Positions 51,268-60,606 of a stretch of DNA of 64,000 nucleotides are shown piece by piece. The number at the start of each line of letters is the position of its first letter. The first letter of the stretch is position 1. Both the position numbers and the translations under genes were made by a program. The notes under the pieces were generated by a model that had not been told where the DNA came from, did no database searches, and worked only from the letters and a program-made list of their open reading frames with translations. The stretch is from Bacteroidia bacterium (GTDB taxonomy: Bacteria > Bacteroidota > Ignavibacteria > SZUA-365), in NCBI GenBank assembly GCA_027493955.1, contig JAOSJT010000001.1, forward strand, positions 261,131 to 325,130, in the 5' to 3' direction.

Positions 51268-51819
51268 ATGGCAACGCTGAGAATGAGAACTCTCTATCGC
51301 AGATACGCAAAAGTGTTTGCGCTGCTCGTGATCGGTATGCTGGCAGTTCGCTGCGGGAGCGAAATGACACAGACCGGAGATGAGTCGCATAGAATTTCCG
51401 CCGCGCTCGATTCCTTCCATGTTGCCGCAGCCCGGGCGGATTACGACGCGTATTTTCAATGCTTCGCGGAGGACGCAGTGTTCATAGGCACCGACGCAAC
51501 GGAGCGTTGGGACAAACAGAGCTTCATGGTGTGGGCGAAGCCCTATTTTGATCGCGGCAGGGCCTGGTCGTTCACTGCGATCGAGCGCCATGTCATGATC
51601 GATGAACGTGGTGGTCTCGCGTGGTTCGACGAGTTGCTCGACACGCAAATGAAACTCTGTCGGGGCTCCGGTGTGCTGATTCAGCGCAATGGGGAATGGA
51701 AAATCCGCCATTACGTGCTTTCTATGACGGTACCAAACGAACTCGCCGATTCCGTTGTGACGATAAAATCCGTGATAGAAGATGGGTTGATACAGAAGCA
51801 CGCGAACAACCGCGAATGA
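51268..51819 (+). CDS. NTF2-like (SnoaL-like) fold protein with N-terminal TM/signal anchor
   Basis: A hydrophobic N-terminus. 'AARADYDAYFQCFAEDAVFIGTDATERWDK...WFDE' follows the SnoaL/NTF2-like pattern. Confidence 0.6.
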   Translation: MATLRMRTLYRRYAKVFALLVIGMLAVRCGSEMTQTGDESHRISAALDSFHVAAARADYDAYFQCFAEDAVFIGTDATERWDKQSFMVWAKPYFDRGRAWSFTAIERHVMIDERGGLAWFDELLDTQMKLCRGSGVLIQRNGEWKIRHYVLSMTVPNELADSVVTIKSVIEDGLIQKHANNRE

Positions 51820-52470
51820 GACCAGTTCAGCTCGCAGCTTTCGTGCACGCGCCGAAAGTGTGTGACGGTAACTGCACTGGTCCTAACAGAACGGAGCGCA
51901 TGGTCTGGGAGGTGTCTGTAAGCGACTGCCGGAGTTCACATCCGTCTCCGTTGTCGGGGAAGGAACATGAGACTACTTCTGGAGGAACGCGGGTGGCAGA
52001 GGTAAGCACTGATTACATCAATGCTCGACCCGGGAGTGTCACTGGATGAGGGCTCATGAAAAAAGCCATGAAGGCCACTAGGCACGTTGCAGGCAAACTG
52101 CTGGCATCACGGTATGACGTTGATTTTCCTGAAGTGTACACACTCGGTAGTCCGAGCGAGGCCGCAGTGTGCGCTTATTTTTCATATCACGTGTGGAAAG
52201 AAATCGACGGCGCCTCGCAGTGGCTGAAGGACAACACCGCGAAGCCCCGGAAGTAAGTCACCGCCTGCGCGTCTCGCAGGTCATAACGGCGAACGACACC
52301 CGCTATTGTCGATACACCACTCGCTGCCGGCGAAGGGCCGTCGTGACAGGGGTTTGAAATCAGCCAGAATCAACAAAATACATGCTCTTTGTGTGTGATG
52401 TTGACTTTGACGCCTGGCGTGTGTATCATTCCCGTTCATTAATTCTCAAATCAGGTGAAAAGGCGCCGCA

Positions 52471-52935
52471 ATGCAAAAACTGACATACAGCGTGGAGATT
52501 TCCGCGCCGGCTGACATTGTCTGGAACGTCCTGTGGGAGAAGGAGAGCTATGAGCAATGGACCAAGCCCTTCAGCCCCGGATCCACGTACGATGGCAGCT
52601 TCGAAGCCGAAGGCAACCGTGTTCACTTTCACAACGGCGAGGGCGGGGGAATGTACAGCGTCGTCGCACGCAGGGTGGAGAACGAGCTTCTCTCCATACG
52701 GCATCTCGGGGTGCTCGGCCAGAACGGTGAGGAGTTGCCTCCCACAGCGGATACCGAACAGTGGAGCAACATCTTCGAGGACTACACACTGACGCCAACG
52801 GAGAATGGCGTACGCCTCGACATCACCCTAGACATGGATGATGCCTACGCAGACTTCATGAACGATGCCTTTACCAGGGCATTGGACATCATCAAATCAC
52901 TATCCGAACAACAGACACAGGAACAGGCCACATGA
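52471..52935 (+). CDS. SRPBCC-superfamily protein (Aha1/polyketide-cyclase-like)
   Basis: 'LTYSVEISAPADIVWNVLWEKESYEQWT' is the characteristic start of the AHSA1/SRPBCC family. 154 aa. Confidence 0.65.
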   Translation: MQKLTYSVEISAPADIVWNVLWEKESYEQWTKPFSPGSTYDGSFEAEGNRVHFHNGEGGGMYSVVARRVENELLSIRHLGVLGQNGEELPPTADTEQWSNIFEDYTLTPTENGVRLDITLDMDDAYADFMNDAFTRALDIIKSLSEQQTQEQAT

Positions 52936-53372
52936 CAACAGTCAACGTGTACTTGAATTTCGACGGAAACTGCGAAGAAGCATTCCTTTTCTATAAATCC
53001 GTCTTTGGCGGAGAATTTCCCTACATCGGACGTTTCGGCGATATGCCGCCGCAGGAAGGTATGGAGCCCTTGCCGCCAGAGATGGCGAACCGCATCATGC
53101 ATGTTTCACTGCCCATCAGCAAGGAAACCACCATCATGGGCAGTGACACGGGAGGCGAGTGGGCTCCGGCGTATGTGCAGGGCAACAATTTCGCCATTTC
53201 CATCAACACCGACAGCAGAGAAAACGCCGACCGTCTTTTTGTCGGACTGTCCGCAGGCGGCCATGTGACCATGCCCATGGGGATGACCTTCTGGGGAGCG
53301 TACTTCGGTATGTTCACCGACAAATTCGGCGTCAACTGGATGGTGAGCCAGGGTGAAGAAGGGCAGGGTTGA
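52932..53372 (+). CDS. VOC/glyoxalase-fold protein (PhnB-like)
   Basis: 'NVYLNFDGNCEEAFLFYKSVFGGEF...MHVSL...FWGAYFGMFTDKFGVNWMV' matches the PhnB/3-demethylubiquinone-methyltransferase-like VOC family. It overlaps the previous gene by 4 nt. Confidence 0.7.
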   Translation: MTTVNVYLNFDGNCEEAFLFYKSVFGGEFPYIGRFGDMPPQEGMEPLPPEMANRIMHVSLPISKETTIMGSDTGGEWAPAYVQGNNFAISINTDSRENADRLFVGLSAGGHVTMPMGMTFWGAYFGMFTDKFGVNWMVSQGEEGQG

Positions 53373-53542
53373 TGCGGACCATACTGCCGCTGCGATCGTC
53401 GCTCTCCCCGTGACTGTTGAAATGCACCCGCCTCGCCGCGGGTGTTTTTTTCATCGAACACGGCCCGGCGTTGTATATTCCTGAGCAGCACGATTCCGTG
53501 AATATTCCTGCAGAACGAGATGCACAACAGGAGCACAAGGAA

Positions 53543-54127
53543 ATGAAAGAAATGCTTCGGCGGAATATCGAGCGCACGACGGGAAACTCGCCCTCGGCCG
53601 ACGAGTGCGCATTGCTCGCGGACAGCATGTTCGTCCGCTCCTTCGACAGAAAGGCGATGCTCGCAGAGGAGGGGCGGGTGTGTACGCATGTGTATTTCAT
53701 CACCCGCGGGGCCGCGTATTCCGGCATCGTCAACAGCGAGGGAGAGAAATTCGCCGTGCAGTTCGCTCTGGAGGGATACTGGATAACGGATCAGTACAGC
53801 TTTTTTTCCGGACGTCCCGGGCTCTATACCGTGGAAACGCTCGAACCCACAGAAGTGCTGATGATGAACCGCGATACCTTCGATCGTGTCTGTGCGGCCA
53901 GCCACACCCTCGAGCATTTCTTCCGCGTCCTGATCACGAACGCCTTCGTGGCGCTGCAATATCGCCTGGCCAAGACCAATGCCGAAGACGCGGAGCATCG
54001 TTACCTGGAGTTTGCGCGTCTGCATCCGGATTTCGTGCAGCGCATACCGCAGTATCTCATCGCATCCTACCTCGGTATCAAGCCGCAATCCCTGAGCCGC
54101 ATACGAAAGAATCTCGCCGCGAAGTGA
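53543..54127 (+). CDS. Crp/Fnr-family transcriptional regulator
   Basis: A cNMP-binding beta-roll ('VYFITRGAAYSGIVNSEGEKFAVQFALEGYWI') is followed by a C-terminal HTH 'IPQYLIASYLGIKPQSLSRIRK'. The ORF is open from 53417. Confidence 0.7.
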   Translation: MKEMLRRNIERTTGNSPSADECALLADSMFVRSFDRKAMLAEEGRVCTHVYFITRGAAYSGIVNSEGEKFAVQFALEGYWITDQYSFFSGRPGLYTVETLEPTEVLMMNRDTFDRVCAASHTLEHFFRVLITNAFVALQYRLAKTNAEDAEHRYLEFARLHPDFVQRIPQYLIASYLGIKPQSLSRIRKNLAAK

Positions 54128-54230
54128 CGCGTTTCCATTCTTCACCTATGTGAATGTGCCGCCGAGCGGCATACCGTAGCTTGTATGTGACATTGACATT
54201 GCTTCACAACATCACATACAGAGGTACGAC

Positions 54231-54770
54231 ATGGAAAACAGAACAACCTGGGTCATCGACCCCGCGCACAGCGAGATCACCTTCAAGGTCAAGCATCTCA
54301 TGATCGCCAACGTGAAAGGCGAGTTCCGTCGCTTCGACGCCACGCTGGACACGGTCGGCGACGACTTCAGCAAGGGCCGCATACGCGCCACCATTGACGC
54401 GGCTTCCATTTTCACGAATAATGATGACAGAGACACGCATCTGCGCAGCGCCGATTTTTTCGATGCGGACAATCATGGTGAAATCAGCTTCGAGGGGAAG
54501 GAGTTTACGCAACTGGATGACGAGAATTTCCGGCTGAAAGGGCTGCTCTCCATGCGCGGAGTGGAGAAAGAAGTCGTGCTGGAAGGGGAGTTCGGTGGAT
54601 TCATGAAGGACCCGTACGGTAACATCAAAGCCGGATTTACGCTTAGTGGTAAGATCAACCGCAAGGATTGGGGACTCAACTGGAATGCCGCGCTGGAAAC
54701 CGGCGGTGTGCTGGTGAGCGAAGACGTGCGCATAGCCGCCGACATGCAGTTCGTCAAAAAAGCCGCCTGA
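54231..54770 (+). CDS. YceI-family protein
   Basis: 'WVIDPAHSEITFKVKHLMIANVKGEFRRFDATLD' is the YceI-like signature start. 179 aa. Confidence 0.75.
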   Translation: MENRTTWVIDPAHSEITFKVKHLMIANVKGEFRRFDATLDTVGDDFSKGRIRATIDAASIFTNNDDRDTHLRSADFFDADNHGEISFEGKEFTQLDDENFRLKGLLSMRGVEKEVVLEGEFGGFMKDPYGNIKAGFTLSGKINRKDWGLNWNAALETGGVLVSEDVRIAADMQFVKKAA

Positions 54771-54872
54771 ACCCGGATGCGGCGGTGTACGAAAGGGGAG
54801 AATTTCTCCCCTTTCGTCGCTTCAGATTGTTTCGCATACTGAAAAAATACGTCAAACAATGAAAGACAGATT

Positions 54873-55757
54873 ATGGACAGAAAGGCCTTCCTCGGTGCGC
54901 TTGCCGCGCTGCCATTTGCCGGAGCGGCCATGAACCTCCGGACACTTGCGGGAATGACTGATGGATTCAAAGGCAGCGAGAAGATGCCGTTGCTGTTTCT
55001 GGGACATGGCAGTCCGATGAACGCCATCGAAGAAAACGAATTTGTGCGCGGATTCCGGGACGTTGCGAAGACCATACCGAAGCCGCAGGCGATTCTTTGC
55101 ATTTCCGCGCATTGGGAAACCAGGGGTACTTTTGTCACCGCCATGCAACAACCGCGTACTATTCACGATTTCGGAGGTTTTCCTGATGAACTGTACGCGG
55201 TGCGCTATCCCGCTCCGGGGAGTCCGCAGCTTGCGAAAGCGACACGCGAGCTCGTGCGTGGGACGGGAATACAGGAGGATCACAGTTGGGGACTCGATCA
55301 CGGCGCGTGGTCGGTGTTGAAGCATCTGTATCCGGCCGCCGATGTGCCGGTGATTCAAATGAGTCTGCACGCGGGACAGCCGCCACGATACCATTACGAA
55401 CTGGCAAAGGAACTCACGGCGCTGCGCGACAAAGGCATTCTGATTGTGGGCAGCGGCAACATCGTGCATAATCTGCGTCGTGTTGCCTGGGACAAGCTGA
55501 ATGCCGACGGTTACGGTTACGATTGGGCGCTGGAAGCAAATGAGAGAATGAAACAATACATCCGGGAGCGCGATCACAACGCCCTGCTGGATTACGCGAA
55601 GCAGGGAGAAGCCTTCCGACTCGCCATACCCACGCCCGAGCACTTCCTGCCCTTGCTCTATGTGCTCGCTCTCGCGGGGAAAGCGGAGGACATCGGCATC
55701 TTCAACGACAAGGCGGTGGGCGGAGCGATTACAATGAGCTCGCTGCGGGTGGGGTAG
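54873..55757 (+). CDS. Class III (LigB/DODA-type) extradiol ring-cleavage dioxygenase, Tat/Sec-exported
   Basis: A twin-Arg-like leader 'MDRKAFLGALAALPFAGAAM'. 'PLLFLGHGSPMNA...ISAHWE...HGAW...GSGNIVHNL' are the 4,5-DOPA-dioxygenase family blocks. Confidence 0.7.
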   Translation: MDRKAFLGALAALPFAGAAMNLRTLAGMTDGFKGSEKMPLLFLGHGSPMNAIEENEFVRGFRDVAKTIPKPQAILCISAHWETRGTFVTAMQQPRTIHDFGGFPDELYAVRYPAPGSPQLAKATRELVRGTGIQEDHSWGLDHGAWSVLKHLYPAADVPVIQMSLHAGQPPRYHYELAKELTALRDKGILIVGSGNIVHNLRRVAWDKLNADGYGYDWALEANERMKQYIRERDHNALLDYAKQGEAFRLAIPTPEHFLPLLYVLALAGKAEDIGIFNDKAVGGAITMSSLRVG

Positions 55758-56140
55758 CATCCCATCCTCGGGTCTTCTGAGGATCAGTGTCGCGAATGCC
55801 CCATAATTCGGAAACGACAGGCCGTCCGTTTATTAAGATTGAAGGACACACGGTCATCCCAGGTGTTTCTGTCGTTGGCTTATAATGCAGGCCTCCGTCG
55901 ACAATGCGAGCTTGTCGCGGTGTAAGAACTGGCCAGGGGAGTACTCGACACAGAGCGGTAGCTGCTCGAACGAGTCGCTGCGGTTCCTGCCTACGACCGG
56001 TGGATCGTGGCTTCGATCAAACGCTTGCTTTTAAAGACATGGATTCGGAGATTCATCCACATCGTCTCGTCACGCCCTCGGTCAGGAGTTCGTAAGCTCC
56101 CGCCGTGTGCTTGCGATGATCATCTCACACTCGACGAAAG

Positions 56141-56563
56141 GTGCATTGTATGAACTCCGTTTTGAAAAATATTCTCGCCCTCATCGCGGGCCTTCTTGTC
56201 GGCAGCATGGTAAACATGGGCATCATCATGATCAGCGGCTCCGTCATCCCGCCGCCCGGGGGTGCCGATGTGACGACGATGGAGGGATTGAAATCCACCA
56301 TGCACTTGTTTGGGCCTGAGCATTTCCTCATGCCCTTTCTCGCACATGCGCTCGGGACCTTCGTCGGCGCGCTGATCGCGGCCCTTATCGCGGCGAGCCA
56401 AAAGCTCATTTTCGCGCTCGTGATCGGCGGACTGTTCCTTTTGGGCGGTATCGCGAACGTCTTTCTGCTGCCCTCGCCGCTGTGGTTCAGCGTCGTTGAT
56501 CTTGGGCTGGCATACCTGCCGACAAGCTACCTCGCGGGCAAGCTGGCGCTCAAGCGGAGCTGA
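56141..56563 (+). CDS. Small 4-TM membrane protein of unknown function
   Basis: 140 aa that is almost entirely hydrophobic. No motif recognised. Confidence 0.4.
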   Translation: MHCMNSVLKNILALIAGLLVGSMVNMGIIMISGSVIPPPGGADVTTMEGLKSTMHLFGPEHFLMPFLAHALGTFVGALIAALIAASQKLIFALVIGGLFLLGGIANVFLLPSPLWFSVVDLGLAYLPTSYLAGKLALKRS

Positions 56564-56961
56564 CGATACGCACATTCTCGGTGTTTCGACGGACATACGG
56601 GAGAAATGATGGCCGGGGCAGCCGTCGCTGTCCGTCTTTGCCCACGGTAAAGGAAGAGCCGCTCTGATATTATTCCTGAAGGATTACCGGAGCACGAACG
56701 GTGCCTCGTCCATGCCGCATTTCTCAATCAGAGAAACGCGCATACGCCATGGACTCACCCCGAGGCAGTACATGCTTGTGTCCTGAACGAGTTACGACCG
56801 ACATCGAATTCATTGATGCGGTTCCGCCATTGCCGGTCTCTGCGGAGATATTCCAGGAGAGCCCCCGCGCCACAGAGCCACAGCTTTCCGCGCTTCGGGA
56901 AAACCGATTATCTTATAAGGCCTTTGCACATTCGATTCCCACTCATATCCTGGTATGGAAC

Positions 56962-59900
56962 ATGTCCCATCAGCTGCTTGCCCTCATCTGCACCTTGCTT
57001 CTGCTCGTACCTGCGCACGCGTCCGTCGGCCAGAAAAATGAGAAGAAAAGCCCCTCACTCAGTTCTTCCACATTGAATGCACTGAAATTCAGAGCCATCG
57101 GACCAGCGCTCGCTTCGGGTCGTATCGGCGATCTGGCGGTGAATCCTTCGAATCATGCCGAATATTACGTGGCTGTCGCATCAGGCGGCGTATGGAAAAC
57201 GACGAACGACGGCATCACCTTCGAGCCGATTTTCGATGACAAATCGTCCTATTCCATCGGCTGCGTCACGCTCGATCCGAACAATCCGCATGTGGTGTGG
57301 GTCGGTACGGGCGAGAACAACAGCCAGCGCAGCGTGGCCTGGGGGGATGGCGTGTACCGCTCCTCCGACGGAGGCAAGAGCTGGAAACACATGGGACTCA
57401 AAACGTCCGAGCATATCGCGAAAATCCTGATCGATCCCACCGACTCCCGCATCGTGTACGTCGCCTCGCAGGGACCGCTCTGGGGTCCCGGGGGTGAGCG
57501 CGGTCTGTATAAATCCACCGATGGCGGGACAAGCTGGAGTGCTGTACTCACCATCAGCGAAAACACCGGAGTCACCGATGTGGTGATGGATCCCCGCGAT
57601 CCGAAGGTGCTGTACGCCGCGTCCTATCAGCGGCGCAGACATGTGTGGACGTTGATCAACGGTGGTCCGGAAGCGAAAATCTTCAAGACCGAGGATGGCG
57701 GTAAAAGTTGGGATACGCTGCGGAGCGGACTTCCGTCCGGTGATGTCGGCCGCATCGGACTGGCCCTCTCGCCTGCGAATCCGGATTACATTTACGCCGT
57801 CATCGAAGCGGCGGAAAAAGCCGGCGGTGTGTACCGCAGTACGAACCGCGGCGGCAGCTGGGAGAAACGCGGGAATTACGTACCCGTGAGTCCGCAATAC
57901 TACAGCGAGTTGGTCTGCGATCCGCTGGATCCGGACATGGTGTATTCGCTCGACACGTATACCATGGTCACCACCGACGGATTCAAGACCTGGAACAGAT
58001 TGAGTAACCGTGCCCGGCATGTGGACGATCACGCGCTCTGGATCAATCCGCAAAACACGAAGCACTTGCTCATCGGCGGCGACGGCGGCATTTACGACAG
58101 CTACGATGGCGGCGAAACCTGGCGCTTCAAGGAAAATCTCCCCGTGACGCAATTCTATCGCGTGAGCGTGGACAATGACGAGCCATTTTACAACGTCTAC
58201 GGTGGCACACAGGACAACAACAGCATCGGCGGTCCGTCGCGTACCATCAACCGGGACGGCATTTTTAACGAGCATTGGTTTTTCACCAATGGCGGAGACG
58301 GTTTCAAATCGCAGGTGGACCCCACGGATCCGAACGTGGTGTACGCGCAGGCGCAGTACGGCGTGCTGGTGCGCTACGACAAACGCAGCGACGAGCGCCT
58401 GGGCATTCAACCACAACCGGGTCCCGACGAAGCCCCATATCGTTGGAACTGGGATTCGCCGCTGATCATCAGTCCGCACAAACCCACCCGGTTGTACTTT
58501 GCGGCAAACAAGCTGTTTCGCAGCGAAGACAGGGGAGAGAGCTGGACCATCGTCAGTCCCGATCTCACGCGGCAGATCGACCGCAATGCCCTCCCGGTGA
58601 TGGGAAAGATCTGGCCGCCGGAGGCCGTGGCGAAGAACGCTTCCACATCTTCCTACGGAAATATCGTCGCGCTCAGCGAATCGCCGCGACGCGAAGGACT
58701 GTTGTACGTGGGCACCGACGATGGCCTGCTGCAAGTCAGCGAAGATGCCGGGCGGAACTGGCGCGCGGTATCCACCTTTCCGGGGATTCCCGAAACGACG
58801 TATGTGAGCTGCGTCCTCGCTTCGGCGCACGACGATAACATCGTGTACGTTACATTCAACAATCACAAGAACGCGGATTTCAAGCCGTACATACTGCGCA
58901 GCAGCGACCGGGGAAAAAGCTGGACCGCGCGTGTCGGCGGTTTGCCTGCTGGCGGGCCTGTGCACTGCATCATCGAGGATCACGTATCTCCGGATCTGTT
59001 ATTCTGCGGTACGGAGTTCGGTGTGTTCGTAACGACGAACGGCGGGCAGGACTGGACACAGATGAAAGGCGGTCTGCCGACCATCGCCGTACGCGATCTG
59101 GCGATACAGAAGCGGGAGAATGATCTCGTGCTCGGTACTTTCGGCCGCGGCTTCTACGTCCTCGACGATTACACACCGTTGCGTTCGCTGTCGCCGCGTT
59201 TTCTCGACACGACCGCCGCGATCCTTCCCGGGCGCGAGGCACTGATGTACATTCCCGCCCGCAGCCGTGCGAAAGGTGCGCAGGGCGAAACCTTCTTTAC
59301 GTCGCCCAATCCGCCCTTCGGCGCCACGTTCACCCTGTACCTGAAGGAGGAACTCAAAGGGCGAAAGAAACAGCGAAAAGCTGCGGAAAAGTCAGACGCG
59401 AAAAACTCCGGCAGCACCTCCTATCCCGACTGGAGACAGCTTCGGGAGGAGGATCAGGAGATAGAGCCGCATCTCATCGTGACGATTCGCGACGAGAGCG
59501 GCGCGGATATCCGTCGGCTCCGCGCACCTGCGAGCGCCGGTTTCCAACGCATCACCTGGGATCTGCGGCATGCTTCACCGGCGCCAGTGACCGCCGCCAC
59601 GAACATCAACGACGCATCCGGCATGCCGGCCTTGCCGGGAACATACACCGCGACGCTCGCGGAAGTCATTGACGGCGTGGAGCGGCAGATCGCCGGTCCC
59701 GTGCGCTTCAGCGCACGTGTGCTCGAGAACAGGACCTTCCCGGTCGCCGAACCGGCTGCGCTCGCCGCGTTCCGCAAGGAAATGAGCGAGACACAGCGCA
59801 GCGTTTTCGGTGCGCAGCGCTTCCATCGAGAGCTGAGCGAGCGCCACGCGGCAATCGACAGAGCGGTGAATCTGGTACCATCGGCGGATGCGGCTTTGCG

Positions 59901-60213
59901 TAACGACGTGCTCGCCCTGCGCGGGTTGTTGCTCGATCTCGACATCGCGCTGAACGGAGATGAGACGATCAGTTCGCGCAACGGGGATCAGTTGCCGTCT
60001 GTTGTCGGACGCATGCAGACGCTGCTTTCGCAGCAGTGGTCCACGTCCTCGGGCTTGACCCCTAAGCACAGACGCGAACTCGAGCGCGTGCGCGCCGCAT
60101 TGAGCCCTGTCGTGCAACAACTCCGTGACATTTCCACCAGGACATTACCGGCGATCGAGCGTACACTCGATTCGATCGGGGCTCCGTGGACTCCCGGAAG
60201 GCTTGTGGAGTAA
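56962..60213 (+). CDS. Large secreted BNR/Sortilin-Vps10-type beta-propeller protein ('glycosyl hydrolase, BNR repeat' class)
   Basis: Signal 'MSHQLLALICTLLLLVPAHA'. It has many BNR/Asp-box motifs ('SSDGGKSW', 'STDGGTSW', 'TEDGGKSW', 'STNRGGSW', 'SYDGGETW', 'SEDRGESW', 'SEDAGRNW', 'SSDRGKSW', 'TTNGGQDW'). It is 1083 aa from the internal Met. The ORF opens at 56701. Confidence 0.8.
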   Translation: MSHQLLALICTLLLLVPAHASVGQKNEKKSPSLSSSTLNALKFRAIGPALASGRIGDLAVNPSNHAEYYVAVASGGVWKTTNDGITFEPIFDDKSSYSIGCVTLDPNNPHVVWVGTGENNSQRSVAWGDGVYRSSDGGKSWKHMGLKTSEHIAKILIDPTDSRIVYVASQGPLWGPGGERGLYKSTDGGTSWSAVLTISENTGVTDVVMDPRDPKVLYAASYQRRRHVWTLINGGPEAKIFKTEDGGKSWDTLRSGLPSGDVGRIGLALSPANPDYIYAVIEAAEKAGGVYRSTNRGGSWEKRGNYVPVSPQYYSELVCDPLDPDMVYSLDTYTMVTTDGFKTWNRLSNRARHVDDHALWINPQNTKHLLIGGDGGIYDSYDGGETWRFKENLPVTQFYRVSVDNDEPFYNVYGGTQDNNSIGGPSRTINRDGIFNEHWFFTNGGDGFKSQVDPTDPNVVYAQAQYGVLVRYDKRSDERLGIQPQPGPDEAPYRWNWDSPLIISPHKPTRLYFAANKLFRSEDRGESWTIVSPDLTRQIDRNALPVMGKIWPPEAVAKNASTSSYGNIVALSESPRREGLLYVGTDDGLLQVSEDAGRNWRAVSTFPGIPETTYVSCVLASAHDDNIVYVTFNNHKNADFKPYILRSSDRGKSWTARVGGLPAGGPVHCIIEDHVSPDLLFCGTEFGVFVTTNGGQDWTQMKGGLPTIAVRDLAIQKRENDLVLGTFGRGFYVLDDYTPLRSLSPRFLDTTAAILPGREALMYIPARSRAKGAQGETFFTSPNPPFGATFTLYLKEELKGRKKQRKAAEKSDAKNSGSTSYPDWRQLREEDQEIEPHLIVTIRDESGADIRRLRAPASAGFQRITWDLRHASPAPVTAATNINDASGMPALPGTYTATLAEVIDGVERQIAGPVRFSARVLENRTFPVAEPAALAAFRKEMSETQRSVFGAQRFHRELSERHAAIDRAVNLVPSADAALRNDVLALRGLLLDLDIALNGDETISSRNGDQLPSVVGRMQTLLSQQWSTSSGLTPKHRRELERVRAALSPVVQQLRDISTRTLPAIERTLDSIGAPWTPGRLVE

Positions 60214-60252
60214 ACGCTCGACCATTCAGTGAGAATAAGACTGTTCTCTATC

Positions 60253-60279
60253 ACCATCGGTGCGTGACGCTCCGATGGT
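60253..60279 (+). terminator. Hairpin ACCATCGG-N11-CCGATGGT downstream of the BNR protein
   Basis: An 8-bp perfect stem 40 nt after the stop. No U-tract. Confidence 0.3.
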
Positions 60280-60606
60280 CCCCCAGTATGCGTACCGTTG
60301 GTGACAGGTGTCATCAACGCGACGACGATAGGAACGGGGCCTCCCGTGTCATGACAGGTGGAGGTCCGGGCGATGGCAGAGCGGCGGAAGGGATCGGCGT
60401 ATTTATTGTTGCGTGAGGCTGCCGGCACGTCAGCCGGCAGCGGCGCACGGTACTCGTCCGCTTGGGGACGCCGTTCCGGTGGCGGTTCTTCCGATGCCGT
60501 TTTAGGCATCGCACTTAGGCATCGCGCCATCGCGCGGATTTCTGTTCAAAAACGTGAAAAATCACTACATTTCAAGTTTGTATTTCGTGGATATTTTCAG
60601 GAATTG

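Noticed and set aside
52056-52256. A 66-aa ORF between the NTF2-like and SRPBCC genes.
   Set aside because: No signal, no motif, and a plausible chance ORF at this GC content. It was not called as a gene.
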